64,000 bases of DNA. It comes from Acidimicrobiia bacterium. Its GTDB lineage: Bacteria; Actinomycetota; Acidimicrobiia; Acidimicrobiales; JANYDT01. The notes under the pieces are model-generated. The model ran no database searches and had not been told where the DNA came from. It saw nothing but the letters and a program-made list of their open reading frames with translations. Shown piece by piece: positions 39,617 through 49,116 of the stretch. Within the stretch, counting starts at the first letter, position 1. Every line of letters begins with the position of its first letter. Both the position numbers and the translations under genes were made by a program. The stretch covers positions 5,108 to 69,107 of the forward strand of contig JANPFX010000083.1 of assembly GCA_031423635.1 (NCBI GenBank). The letters run 5' to 3'.

Positions 39617-40051
39617 TCAAAGGGCGACGCATTCACCGAAGCCTTCCGCGCGTGCCTTCTCGCGGAGCTCCGCAAGCTCCGCCCTCCCCTCGGACGCGGA
39701 GATCGATCCCTTGCTCACGTCGGCAACGATTCGCTGTGAAGAAGTCAGGGCACTCTTGAGCTGATCGGCGACGTCCGGGGGTCCACCGACGCTGTCGACC
39801 TCGGCGAGAAGCCGATCGGTGGCACGGCGGGCCGAGCTCATCGCCTCCCGAGCCTGGGCATCGACGCCGAGCTCACCGGCAAGGTTCCAGGCCAGCTTCG
39901 CCTCCGACTTGGAGAGCTTGCACTTCAGGTTCACGGTCTTGATGAACGCCGACTTGGCCAGGTCGGTACGAGCCTCCTCCGTGCATGCGCCGACAGAGGC
40001 GGAGGCAAGCACCAGCACGGGTACGAGTACAAGGCGACGCTGACCTTTCAT
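39617..40051 (-). CDS. hypothetical lipoprotein
   Basis: Signal peptide with lipobox LASASVGAC, then a helical Ala/Glu/Lys-rich body. No family was recognised. Confidence 0.6.
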   Translation of the reverse strand: MKGQRRLVLVPVLVLASASVGACTEEARTDLAKSAFIKTVNLKCKLSKSEAKLAWNLAGELGVDAQAREAMSSARRATDRLLAEVDSVGGPPDVADQLKSALTSSQRIVADVSKGSISASEGRAELAELREKARAEGFGECVAL

Positions 40052-40145
40052 CGTTCCTCCGCAGATCGCTTCCCAACCCGAACGACGGTTCGGCTGGTGA
40101 CGGACGAACCTACCCGGCCTGATCGCACCGACCCTGTTTCCTCGC

Positions 40146-40937
40146 TCACCGCCGTAGAGAGCCCACTCGTCTTCCCACCGAGTACGCGAAGCGTTGCGTT
40201 GGCGATCTCGCAGGCGTGTCTGTCACCCCGACGAAGTTCCGCAAGTCGTGAATCCTTCCGAAGCGGGTCGCCTCGGTCATGAGTTGGCCGACGGCGGTTC
40301 CGTCCTCCGTGGACATGGCGGCCTCGAGGCGGGAGAGAAAGGTGCTGTAGGCGGCGAGGTCGACAGAGGCTGCGGCACGCTCGAGGTCGAGCAGTCCGAG
40401 CAGTGCGACGTACGTTCGTCCGAGCTCCTCCCACGCCGACGCCGAGCGCAGTCCGTCTCCGTGCTTCACGGTCTGCAGGGCCACCAAGAACCGCCGTCCG
40501 GTCGACGCGTACCGCTGGGCCTTCGCGGCGGAGACGACCGCACCGATCGGCACGACGCCGACGACCAGCCAACCCAGCTGGCGCACTGCCGATTTCCGGA
40601 GGTCGGTGATCCGACCCTCCCACGACGAACAGACGTCGGCGAGGTGGTCGAGGAGATCGGGTTCGACGGCAAGGTACGTCATCGCCCCGGTGGCCATCCG
40701 AAAGTCACCACCGCGGCCGCTCAGATCCCAGGAGGACGTGTCGTTCTCCATGCCGGCTTCGGAGGACGACCTGCCCTCCAGGACGTCATACGCCTCCCGC
40801 ACCCGGCGGAATGCTTCGGCTTCGCCGCCCACGTCCGGGTGAGCCACGGCAGCCAGCCTCCGATACTGACGCTTCACATCAGCCGGGCCCCAGTCCCCGA
40901 CCAGGCCGAGAACTGCGGTCGCCTGTGATCTCCTCAT
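40146..40937 (-). CDS. J-domain protein with uncharacterised C-terminal region and one TM segment
   Basis: DVKRQYRRLAAVAHPDVGGEAEAFRRVREAYDVL carries the HPD motif. A central hydrophobic segment is LGWLVVGVVPIGAVVSAA. Confidence 0.7.
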   Translation of the reverse strand: MRRSQATAVLGLVGDWGPADVKRQYRRLAAVAHPDVGGEAEAFRRVREAYDVLEGRSSSEAGMENDTSSWDLSGRGGDFRMATGAMTYLAVEPDLLDHLADVCSSWEGRITDLRKSAVRQLGWLVVGVVPIGAVVSAAKAQRYASTGRRFLVALQTVKHGDGLRSASAWEELGRTYVALLGLLDLERAAASVDLAAYSTFLSRLEAAMSTEDGTAVGQLMTEATRFGRIHDLRNFVGVTDTPARSPTQRFAYSVGRRVGSLRR

Positions 40938-40993
40938 CCTCCACGCCCCTGTTCAGTGCGATCACCGCCGGGCGACGATTCCCCGCCCACCTG

Positions 40994-41066
40994 CGTCCAC
41001 GGCAGGAATTGAACCTGCGACCTACCGCTTAGGAGGCGGTTGCTCTATCCCCTGAGCTACGTGGAC
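40994..41066 (-). tRNA. tRNA-Arg (anticodon CCT), CCA not encoded
   Basis: Folded by hand: GTCCACG TA GCTC AGGGGATA GAGC A ACCGC CTCCTAA GCGGT AGGTC GCAGG TTCAATT CCTGC CGTGGAC G. Confidence 0.9.
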
Positions 41067-41123
41067 CGACGAGGGGACAGCCTACGAGAAGCAACGGCGC
41101 CATCCGCGAGATGGCCGGCGACG

Positions 41124-41765
41124 TCAGGGATGCGGACTGACGTCCTCCATGGTGATGTGTCCATCGGGCGGGAGTTCCCCGGCGGGCGCCTCCAACGCCT
41201 GGAGGACCCTGCCGATGAAGCGATGGACGACGTCGAACTCGTGGTCATCGGTGATGAGGTCGGCGAAGAACTGCCGGACACCGCGGACATGTACCGGGAT
41301 CGCGTCGGTGAGAAGCTGACGACCTTCGTCGGTAAGGGTGCAGAGCAACCCGCGACGGTCGTCCTCGGCCTTGATCCGTTCGACGAGGCCACGGGCTTCG
41401 AGACGGTCGACGCAGTGTGTGAGACGGCTGCGTGAGATCATCACGGACTCGGCGATCGTCGACATCCGAACGCCGTCCGGCGGCCCTTCGGCGATCACGA
41501 CGAGCGCGGCATAGTCGGCGATCGACAATCCGTGGGCAGTGGCGAGGGCCGTATCGAGCCGAATGAGCAGTTGCGTCGCAAGGCGGAGCTGGTCCCGCCA
41601 CAACGCCTGTTCCCGTGAACCGGGCCATGGTTCCCCACGCGCCGTGCGCATCGTCACGGGGATGCGCGGATCGGGCTGGACCGATCCGCGCAAACCGGCA
41701 TCCATGGCCGAAGCTCCGTCACCCGTCACGGCGGCGACCATAGCGGTGGGCCTCGGACTACTCAC
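41124..41765 (-). CDS. MarR-family transcriptional regulator
   Basis: LSIADYAALVVIAEGPPDGVRMSTIAESVMISRSRLTHCVDRLEARGLVERIKAEDDRRGLLCTLTDEGR. The true start is probably internal (for example the ATG at 41651). Confidence 0.8.
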   Translation of the reverse strand: MSSPRPTAMVAAVTGDGASAMDAGLRGSVQPDPRIPVTMRTARGEPWPGSREQALWRDQLRLATQLLIRLDTALATAHGLSIADYAALVVIAEGPPDGVRMSTIAESVMISRSRLTHCVDRLEARGLVERIKAEDDRRGLLCTLTDEGRQLLTDAIPVHVRGVRQFFADLITDDHEFDVVHRFIGRVLQALEAPAGELPPDGHITMEDVSPHP

Positions 41766-41806
41766 AGGAGCCGAGCAACCACCCGGCGACCCGCTGACGG
41801 AGAGCG

Positions 41807-43165
41807 TCAGAGAAAGCCGAGCGGGTCGAAACGACGACCGAGAACTCCCGCGGGGTCAGCACCGAGGACCTGCTCGAGCACGGTGGAGTAGACCCGGCGG
41901 AAGTCGGTGGTGACCTTCAGATCGCCATCGACCAGATCGGTCAGGCTCGGGTAGTCGCTGTGTATTCCTCCCCGCACACCGTGCCCGAGGACCAGCACGG
42001 GGCCCGCCGTGCCGTGATCAGTTCCCAGCGACAGATTGGGCGCCACGCGCCGGCCGAACTCCGAGTAGACGACCACCACGACGTCCTTCGCCAGCGGGCT
42101 GTCGGCGAGTCCGGCGACGAATCGGCTGACGCCCCGGTCGAGCACGCTGAGGAGCGCACCGTGCGTCCCGGCTTCGTTGGCATGCGTGTCGAATCCGCCG
42201 AGCGAGACGGAGTAGACCCGGGTCGGGAGTCCGGCCCGAAGAAGCGTCGACACTTCCGACAGTTGTCGGTCGAACGCCGAGTAACTCGCTGCGTCCCCGG
42301 CCGCACCTTCGAGGCTGACGTCAGCCGATCCCTCGGACCCCGCCGTGAGGATCGGCTGCAATCGCGTCATGACTCGGAGAAGGTCGGCGCCGGTCGCGGC
42401 AACGCGCCCACCCCAGGCACCGAGTTCGGAGCCCGGGGTTCGGACGGCCTCCGTGTAGGCGTTCAGCAGCGGTGCCCCGCCGGGAAGCGTGAAGGTTCCG
42501 TTCGGGATGGCCGAGGCGCTGCTCTGACTCCCGATGAGGGCGCGCGGAACGGACGGTCCGATCGAAAGCATCCGCAGCGGATCGGCACCCGTTCCGTCAT
42601 GCCACCGACCGAGCCAGCCGGTCAGCTCGACGCGATCGGGAACCCCGGACTGCCAGATGTCCATCGACCTGAAATGGCTACGGTTCGGTGTCGGGTAGCC
42701 GACCCCGGAGACGATGCCGACCTTTCCGGCATCGAAGAGCGCCTTGATGCCGGCCAGCGAAGGGTGGAACCCAAAGCGGTCGTCGATCCGCAGCGTCTTG
42801 TCCGCCGCGATGCCGGCCTGGCCGCGAACCGAGGTGTAGGTCGCGTCCTGGGTCGGGACGATGGTGTTCAGACCATCGTTGCCTCCGTACGCCGTGATGA
42901 GCACCAGCACACCCTGCCCTGGGCGTCGAGCGACACCGCCGCCGGCTGCGGGGGAGGAGACGGCGGCAGCGGGACGGCTGGCGAGTGACGGGAGGGCGAG
43001 CACCGCCGCGGTCGCTCCGATACCACCGAGCACCTCGCGGCGGGTGAGGGTCCGACCGTCGGGAAGCGTGATGGGGATCGGTAGGGCCATCGCTCCGCCG
43101 GCGTTGCATTGCCCGGCCGGGTCCGGCACCGTTCGATCCGTTGGCGAGAACTTCGTCGGATTCAT
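41807..43165 (-). CDS. DUF1501 protein (sulfatase-like fold), Tat signal
   Basis: Twin-arginine signal TRREVLGGIGATAAVLALP. Motifs GGNDGLN, SLGGFDTHANE and YSEFGRR. Confidence 0.85.
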   Translation of the reverse strand: MNPTKFSPTDRTVPDPAGQCNAGGAMALPIPITLPDGRTLTRREVLGGIGATAAVLALPSLASRPAAAVSSPAAGGGVARRPGQGVLVLITAYGGNDGLNTIVPTQDATYTSVRGQAGIAADKTLRIDDRFGFHPSLAGIKALFDAGKVGIVSGVGYPTPNRSHFRSMDIWQSGVPDRVELTGWLGRWHDGTGADPLRMLSIGPSVPRALIGSQSSASAIPNGTFTLPGGAPLLNAYTEAVRTPGSELGAWGGRVAATGADLLRVMTRLQPILTAGSEGSADVSLEGAAGDAASYSAFDRQLSEVSTLLRAGLPTRVYSVSLGGFDTHANEAGTHGALLSVLDRGVSRFVAGLADSPLAKDVVVVVYSEFGRRVAPNLSLGTDHGTAGPVLVLGHGVRGGIHSDYPSLTDLVDGDLKVTTDFRRVYSTVLEQVLGADPAGVLGRRFDPLGFL

Positions 43166-43217
43166 CGTGGTCGATTCCTTCGGGAGGGAGCGGATGGCGA
43201 GGTTCGGGGACGCGGCA

Positions 43218-44600
43218 TCAGGCGAGCACGTATTCCGGGCTGGTCAGGGCAACGACGAGCTGGGTCCGAGGATTGGACGCTTTGATCAGCCCGGCGCGAG
43301 TGGCCTGAGTCCACCCGTCGATCCCGAGTTGACGGGCGATGGTGTCAGGGCGGGCGTTCGCCGCCGCTCCGCTCAACCAACCGAGGTTGGCCCGTGCGGC
43401 GAGCCCGTTGGCGAAGCGAAGCCGAGCCAGTGCGGTCGCGGTGGAAAGCCAGTAGCCGTTCTGCGGCCATCCCCCCACACTCGGTGGGTTGAACGGCACC
43501 TGGTTGAGGTCACGCAACGTCACCAGGAGGTTCGGGCCGACGACGTCGAACTCGTTCGCGCGCATACCAACAGCACGGATCGACCCGACCACCCACTCGA
43601 CTGGCTGCTTGACGAGTCCCTGCCGTGCGGTCGTGCTTGCGAACTGGGGATGACGGAACAGGGCACGCATGACGGCGGCGATCGTCCCCTGGGTCCGGAA
43701 CACAGCGGCGAGGTCGGCCACGACGGGATCGTTGACCGCTACCGGATACGCGAAGCGGCTCCAGAGCTTCGAGCTGACGAAGGCCGCTGTCTCCGGTCGT
43801 TCGGCGAGGAACGAGACGGTGTCGTCGAAGCCGAACGAGCGGGCCTCCCCCAGGATCGTCTTCGGTGCACCGTCGACCTGGCGGGGAAGCACCGAGACGG
43901 TTCCCGATCGCCGATCGACCCGCGTCCCGGTGAAAGCCCGAGCCGCTTCGCGGACGTCGGCGTCGGAGTAGGAGCCGATGCCGATCGTGAAGAGCTCCAT
44001 CAGCTCCCGGGCGAAGTTCTCGTTCGGACTCCCCTTCCTGTTGTCGTTCGCATCAAGCCACACGAGCATCGCGGGGTCCTTCGCGACGGCCAGTGCGAGT
44101 TGGGTGAACCCGCCGAGGCCGAGGAGACGGAATATCTGGTTCTGGGCAAGCATGAAGGTGGCCTCATCGACCTTCTCGACGGCTGTGGCGAAGTGACCAT
44201 GCCAGAACAGCGTCATCTTCTCGGAGAGCGGACGCTCAGTTGCCGTCATCCGATCGAGCCACCAACGGGCAAGTGCCTGGTTCTGCGCCTGCTTGAGCTG
44301 GTTACGGGCCTTCTTCTCCTCTCCCGAAGTCCGAGGAAGCGGTGCGATCAGCGTGAACGTCACCGGGGGCGGCGTCGATGCTGCCCCGGCGTCCGGAGCC
44401 CCGACATCGAGAAGTGAATCGACCGCGGCGTCGTAGCCGTTCGCGACCGCAGCGTCCAGGGCTGCCGCAGTCGCGCCGAAGCCGGCCCGGCGGGAGAGGT
44501 GAGCGATGCGCGAGCGGAGTTCATCGGCCATCGCCCAATGCTCGAACAGAGATGTGAACTCGTCGTGAGCAACAGGTGACGATCGATCAGCGAGGTCCAT
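43218..44600 (-). CDS. DUF1800 protein
   Basis: MTLFWHGHFAT, ENFARELMELFTIG and GGWP motifs. It is the usual partner of DUF1501. Confidence 0.85.
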   Translation of the reverse strand: MDLADRSSPVAHDEFTSLFEHWAMADELRSRIAHLSRRAGFGATAAALDAAVANGYDAAVDSLLDVGAPDAGAASTPPPVTFTLIAPLPRTSGEEKKARNQLKQAQNQALARWWLDRMTATERPLSEKMTLFWHGHFATAVEKVDEATFMLAQNQIFRLLGLGGFTQLALAVAKDPAMLVWLDANDNRKGSPNENFARELMELFTIGIGSYSDADVREAARAFTGTRVDRRSGTVSVLPRQVDGAPKTILGEARSFGFDDTVSFLAERPETAAFVSSKLWSRFAYPVAVNDPVVADLAAVFRTQGTIAAVMRALFRHPQFASTTARQGLVKQPVEWVVGSIRAVGMRANEFDVVGPNLLVTLRDLNQVPFNPPSVGGWPQNGYWLSTATALARLRFANGLAARANLGWLSGAAANARPDTIARQLGIDGWTQATRAGLIKASNPRTQLVVALTSPEYVLA

Positions 44601-44682
44601 CGCGAGCCGGCACGGTGATGACGTGGCGGCGGGCGGCGGTTGCCCCGGCAGCCATTACCGTTGCGTCGTGCACTTTCGACGC

Positions 44683-45813
44683 ATGCCGATCGAGGTGGAG
44701 TCACCTGAGGAACTCGGTTACGACACGATCCGCTTCAACCTCAGCGAGTCGAGCATGCGTGACGCGACCGTCGGCGACCTCGGACTGCACAGCTCGTCCC
44801 TCCTCGATGAACTGCACCAGAAGGTGCTGTGGTACGGCGATCATCGCGGCGATCCCCGGCTCCGTTCTCTGGTCGCGGCGCACGGGAGCTCGCTCTCGAC
44901 CGATGACGTTCTGGTCACGGCAGGAGCCGCCATGGCGCTGTTCATGGTGCACACGGCATTCCTCGAGCCGGGCGACGACATCGTCGTGTTCCACCCCAAC
45001 TACGCCACGAACATCGAGACGCCGAGGGCGATCGGAGCCAACGTCCTGCCACTCCAGCTGACGTTCAGGGATGGTTACCGGCCCGACCTCGATCGGCTCG
45101 AATCACTCGTAAGCGCGCGAACGAAAATCCTCTCGATCACGGACCCACACAACCCGACGGGGATCTGCCTGACCGAGGAGGAGCGCCTGCACATTGTCAC
45201 CCTCGCCGAACGCCACGGGTGCCTGTTGCTGGTCGACGAGACGTACCGCGATCTGTCCCGTGGACCGGCGCAGCCGTGGGCGGCAGAGATGAGCGCATCA
45301 GCCATCAGCATCTCGTCACTCTCGAAGAGCATGGGACTCCCCGGGATCCGTGTCGGTTGGGCGATCACCCGGAATCGGGCCCATCAGGAACGGCTCCTCG
45401 CTGCGAAGGAACAGATGATGATCTGCGGTTCGGTGCTCGACGAGACCGTCGCGACCCATGCGCTCCGCCAGCGCGCCGATTTGCTGGCCAGTCGACGCGC
45501 AACGGCGGAACGGCATTTTTTCATCGTCCGCGAATGGATGAGCGGACACGCCGACCTCGAATGGGTCGAACCACAGGGGGGCGTCGTGTGCTTTCCCCGC
45601 ATTCGGGATCCGTTCGCCGTCGACGTCGGCGCGTTCTACCACCACCTTCGCACCGCCGGCGGAACGCTGGTCGGTGCCGGCCACTGGTTCGAGGTCGACC
45701 CCCGTTCGTTCCGTGTCGGCTTCGGGTGGCCCACCGATTCGGAGTTGCGGGGCGGTCTCGCCGCGATCGATGCGTCGCTTGACGCCGCGCGTGGCATGAG
45801 AAAGACGTCATGA
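44683..45813 (+). CDS. class I/II PLP-dependent aminotransferase
   Basis: VTAGAAMALF...HPNYATN...NPTG...SSLSKSMGLPGIRVGW (PLP-lysine motif). The start is the ATG at 44683 (MPIEVE). Confidence 0.85.
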   Translation: MPIEVESPEELGYDTIRFNLSESSMRDATVGDLGLHSSSLLDELHQKVLWYGDHRGDPRLRSLVAAHGSSLSTDDVLVTAGAAMALFMVHTAFLEPGDDIVVFHPNYATNIETPRAIGANVLPLQLTFRDGYRPDLDRLESLVSARTKILSITDPHNPTGICLTEEERLHIVTLAERHGCLLLVDETYRDLSRGPAQPWAAEMSASAISISSLSKSMGLPGIRVGWAITRNRAHQERLLAAKEQMMICGSVLDETVATHALRQRADLLASRRATAERHFFIVREWMSGHADLEWVEPQGGVVCFPRIRDPFAVDVGAFYHHLRTAGGTLVGAGHWFEVDPRSFRVGFGWPTDSELRGGLAAIDASLDAARGMRKTS

Positions 45814-46400
45814 GCGACCGCCCCCTCGAGCTCTCGTTCGTGAAATCCGCGGTCGACCACACGACCTTCGACGACCTCGGACCGGAGGTCGCGTTCGTCG
45901 GTCGATCGAACGTCGGGAAGTCGTCGATCATCAACGCGCTCGCAAACCGCAGAGGGCTGGCAACGGTGTCGAACACCCCGGGCCGAACAAGAGTGCTGAA
46001 CCAGTTCGCCCACCGAGACGGAGGCGCAGTGATCGACCTCCCGGGCTACGGCTTCGCCCGCGTCAGTGATGCCGAGCGCCGACGCTGGCAGGCGATGATC
46101 GAGAACTACCTCACCCAACGCGAGCAGCTGGTCATGGTGGTCGCGCTCGTCGACGGCGAGATCGGTCCCGCCAAACTCGATGTCCAGCTCCTCGAATGGC
46201 TGCAGAGCGTCGGGGTTCCGCACGCCGTCGTCGCCACCAAGGGGGACCGCTTGAAGTCCTCGGCACTGGGACGTCGCCGCAACGAGGTGGCCGAGGGCTG
46301 CGGGCTGCACATCGACGACGTCCGGTGGGTCAGTGCCACGAGCGGCAAGGGCGTCGACGGCATGCGCACATGGGTTCGCGCCCTGCTCCTCGGCACCTGA
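45810..46400 (+). CDS. engB: ribosome biogenesis GTPase EngB/YsxC
   Basis: VAFVGRSNVGKSSIINAL...PGRTRVLNQF...DLPGYGFA...ATKGDRL. An ATGA overlap links it to the upstream gene. Confidence 0.9.
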   Translation: MSDRPLELSFVKSAVDHTTFDDLGPEVAFVGRSNVGKSSIINALANRRGLATVSNTPGRTRVLNQFAHRDGGAVIDLPGYGFARVSDAERRRWQAMIENYLTQREQLVMVVALVDGEIGPAKLDVQLLEWLQSVGVPHAVVATKGDRLKSSALGRRRNEVAEGCGLHIDDVRWVSATSGKGVDGMRTWVRALLLGT

Positions 46401-46455
46401 AAGCCGCAGGTCTCGACAGGTCGAACCGGTCGTCGCGTCCCGAGCCGCAACCCGG

Positions 46456-47127
46456 TCAGAACAGCGAGTCGAGCACCGCCCAGTGGGCGTCGTCGCCCGT
46501 TGCCAGCAACGTCGCCATCCCGACCGCTATTGCGCCCGCGATGTTCTGTTCGAAGTCGTCGATGAACATGCAGTCCTGCGGGATCAGACGCACACCGAGA
46601 CGTTCGTTCAAGGCCTCGACCGTGTGGTGGTAGATCCGTTCTTCGGGTTTGCGCATGCCGACCTCCGACGAATCGATGATGACGTCGAAAAGCGAGAGCC
46701 CCCCGGCGGCGTCGAGCTTCGCCGTCCAGTGCGGCCGCCACTCGGCAACGTTGTTGGTCAACAGCGCCAACGGGATGCCGCGCCCGCGCCAGCTGCGAAT
46801 CCGCTCGATGACGTCGGCGCGGACCTCGAGGGATGCCATGAGGGTCGCCGGGTTGTCGCCGCTGAAGAACACTCCTGCCCCGGGCACGACCTCCTCGATC
46901 CGTTCGACGAGTTCGCCGACCGACGTTTCGCCCCGCTCGAGCCGGTTCCAAAGAGCGCCAGGGTCAGGATTGTGCAGTTCGTGCGACATCATCGAGCGCA
47001 GCCGGTCGATCGACGACGGCGCGTTCTCCGGGTCGTTCGGTTCCGGGCGGGACCGGCCACCCATCGAGAGCGGCACCGTGATCACGCCGGTGTAGTCGAT
47101 GATCAACGCGGAAAGTCGTCGGCTCAT
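46456..47127 (-). CDS. HAD-superfamily hydrolase
   Basis: Motif I is LIIDYTGVIT. The later motifs are LLTNN and FIDDFEQN. Confidence 0.75.
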   Translation of the reverse strand: MSRRLSALIIDYTGVITVPLSMGGRSRPEPNDPENAPSSIDRLRSMMSHELHNPDPGALWNRLERGETSVGELVERIEEVVPGAGVFFSGDNPATLMASLEVRADVIERIRSWRGRGIPLALLTNNVAEWRPHWTAKLDAAGGLSLFDVIIDSSEVGMRKPEERIYHHTVEALNERLGVRLIPQDCMFIDDFEQNIAGAIAVGMATLLATGDDAHWAVLDSLF

Positions 47128-47203
47128 GCGCTTCCAGTCTGGCCGACCCGAGGGTCCTCGCCGCTTGGATCCGATCGCGCGGTGGTCTCCGTAGGCTGAG
47201 GGT

Positions 47204-47746
47204 GTGGTCTACACCCCGATCATCGGCACGCTGGCCTATGTCGTCGACCGCACATCGGACCGCGGTCCGGGCGGCGCAGCACTCCTCGTGCATCGCAACG
47301 CCCGACCCGACGATGAGCACCTCGGCAAATGGAACGGACTCGGCGGCAAGTTGGAGGCCGACGAGGACGTCGCCGCGGGACTACGGCGCGAGTTGCAGGA
47401 GGAGGCCGCGATCGAGGTCACCTCGATGCAGTTGCGCGGAACGGTGAGCTGGCCCGGTTTCGGGCCGAACGGTGAGGACTGGTTGGGCTTCGTCTTCCTC
47501 GTCGACGGGTGGACCGGAGTTCCCCCGTCGAGCAACGAGGAGGGCCGACTGGAATGGGTGCCGCTTCCGCGTCTGCTCCGGGCATGCAGTCCCGATGCCG
47601 GAGACCGCGAAGCGGCCGATCTCCCGATGTGGGAAGGCGACCGGTTCTTCCTACCGCTCGTTTTCGACGACGACCCGCGGTCCTTCCATGGCGTGATGCC
47701 CTACGAACAAGGTCGCCCGGTCGGTTGGACGTGGGAACGCTGGTGA
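47204..47746 (+). CDS. NUDIX hydrolase (MutT-like)
   Basis: Nudix box GKWNGLGGKLEADEDVAAGLRRELQEEAAIE. GTG start. Confidence 0.85.
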   Translation: MVYTPIIGTLAYVVDRTSDRGPGGAALLVHRNARPDDEHLGKWNGLGGKLEADEDVAAGLRRELQEEAAIEVTSMQLRGTVSWPGFGPNGEDWLGFVFLVDGWTGVPPSSNEEGRLEWVPLPRLLRACSPDAGDREAADLPMWEGDRFFLPLVFDDDPRSFHGVMPYEQGRPVGWTWERW

Positions 47747-49116
47747 CAACCAGGCCGGCCGCAGCCCGCAGCCGATGGAGACCCTTTGCTCTGACCCTGA
47801 TCGGCGCCTGCTCAGTCCTCGCCCGGCAGCCCCCATCCGCACCGGCATCGGGCCGGGTCGCAGCGACGGTCGATGGGCGCGTCGAATCGGTCGCCGCCCG
47901 CTTCGCACTGATCCGGTCGCACCTGGGCTACCGACACTGGACGCGATTGGACGAGGTGGTCGCGCTCGCCCAGGCCAAGGATGCCCCGAGCGGTCCGCTG
48001 ACCGGATTGATGGTCGCCGTGAAGGACAACATCGACCTCTCGTGGCTGCCCACGTCTGCTGGTGCCTCGGCCCTCCGCAACCGACGACCGGCTCGGAACG
48101 CGTCGGTCGTCGATCGACTGCTCGCGTCCGGGGCGGTGATCGCCGGCCACACGAACATGGACACCTGGGCACGCGGCGTCCGATCGGTCAGCGAAACATT
48201 CGGCGCGACGGCGAATGCGCTCAACCCGAGCCGCGGACCGATGGGTTCGAGCGGCGGCTCCGCCGTCGCAGTGGCGCTCGGAGAGGTCGATGCCGCTCTC
48301 GGAACGGACACGTGCGGCTCCCTGCGCTACCCCGCTGCAGCGAATGTCATCGTTGCGTTGCGTCCGACGCCGGGCCTGGTGAGCCGGGCCGGGATCGTCC
48401 CGCTCGCGCCGACTCAAGACGTCGTCGGCCCGATGGCAAGGGATGTCCGAATGCTCGCCCGCATGCTCGACGTAATCGCCGGAACGGACCCGCGGGACCC
48501 GCTCACACAGCTCGCTCCGCGTCCCGATCGCACGTACACAGAGGATCTACAGGGGCCGCGCGGACCGGTGTCGGGCGCGCCGCGTCGCTGGCGCGTCGGT
48601 GTCGTCCGGACGCTCGGGCCGTTTCGCCGCGACTCGACGGGTCTCACGATGCTCGACAAGATGAGTGCAGCAGGAATCGACCTCGTGAACGTCTCGATGG
48701 CGAAGGCTCCGTTCGCGGGCGTGATCGACGACGAGTCTGCGGCCACTCGCGCCCTTGTGCTGGCGGACGCGGACGAGTCAACGTGGCTCGTCGACTCCCT
48801 CCGGGTTCCGAACCGATCCACCTACGCGTCCCGGCTCCGTGACCGGAAGCTCTCCGCGTCCAGTCTCACGGCACTGCTCGACCGCAACGGTCTCGACGCG
48901 CTCACCTACCCGACGACCCCGTTCGGACCCGCTCTACGCGGTCAGCGTCAGGCGAGCGCGAACTGCCAGTTCTCCGCCACGAGTGGGTTGCCCGCTCTGG
49001 CGCTCGGACACGGCGTCGATGCTGACAACATCGCCGTTCCCGGTGTGGATCTGCTCGGCCGGGAGTTCGACGAGTCGACCCTTCTCCGCCTCGGACTGGC
49101 GATCACGGAGACGTGA
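47743..49116 (+). CDS. amidase-signature family enzyme with lipoprotein signal peptide
   Basis: The start is the GTG at 47743, overlapping the Nudix stop as GTGA. N-terminus RWRPFALTLIGAC carries a lipobox. AS motifs are VAVKDNID and GSSGGSAVAVALG...GTDTCGSLRYPA. Confidence 0.8.
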   Translation: MTTRPAAARSRWRPFALTLIGACSVLARQPPSAPASGRVAATVDGRVESVAARFALIRSHLGYRHWTRLDEVVALAQAKDAPSGPLTGLMVAVKDNIDLSWLPTSAGASALRNRRPARNASVVDRLLASGAVIAGHTNMDTWARGVRSVSETFGATANALNPSRGPMGSSGGSAVAVALGEVDAALGTDTCGSLRYPAAANVIVALRPTPGLVSRAGIVPLAPTQDVVGPMARDVRMLARMLDVIAGTDPRDPLTQLAPRPDRTYTEDLQGPRGPVSGAPRRWRVGVVRTLGPFRRDSTGLTMLDKMSAAGIDLVNVSMAKAPFAGVIDDESAATRALVLADADESTWLVDSLRVPNRSTYASRLRDRKLSASSLTALLDRNGLDALTYPTTPFGPALRGQRQASANCQFSATSGLPALALGHGVDADNIAVPGVDLLGREFDESTLLRLGLAITET

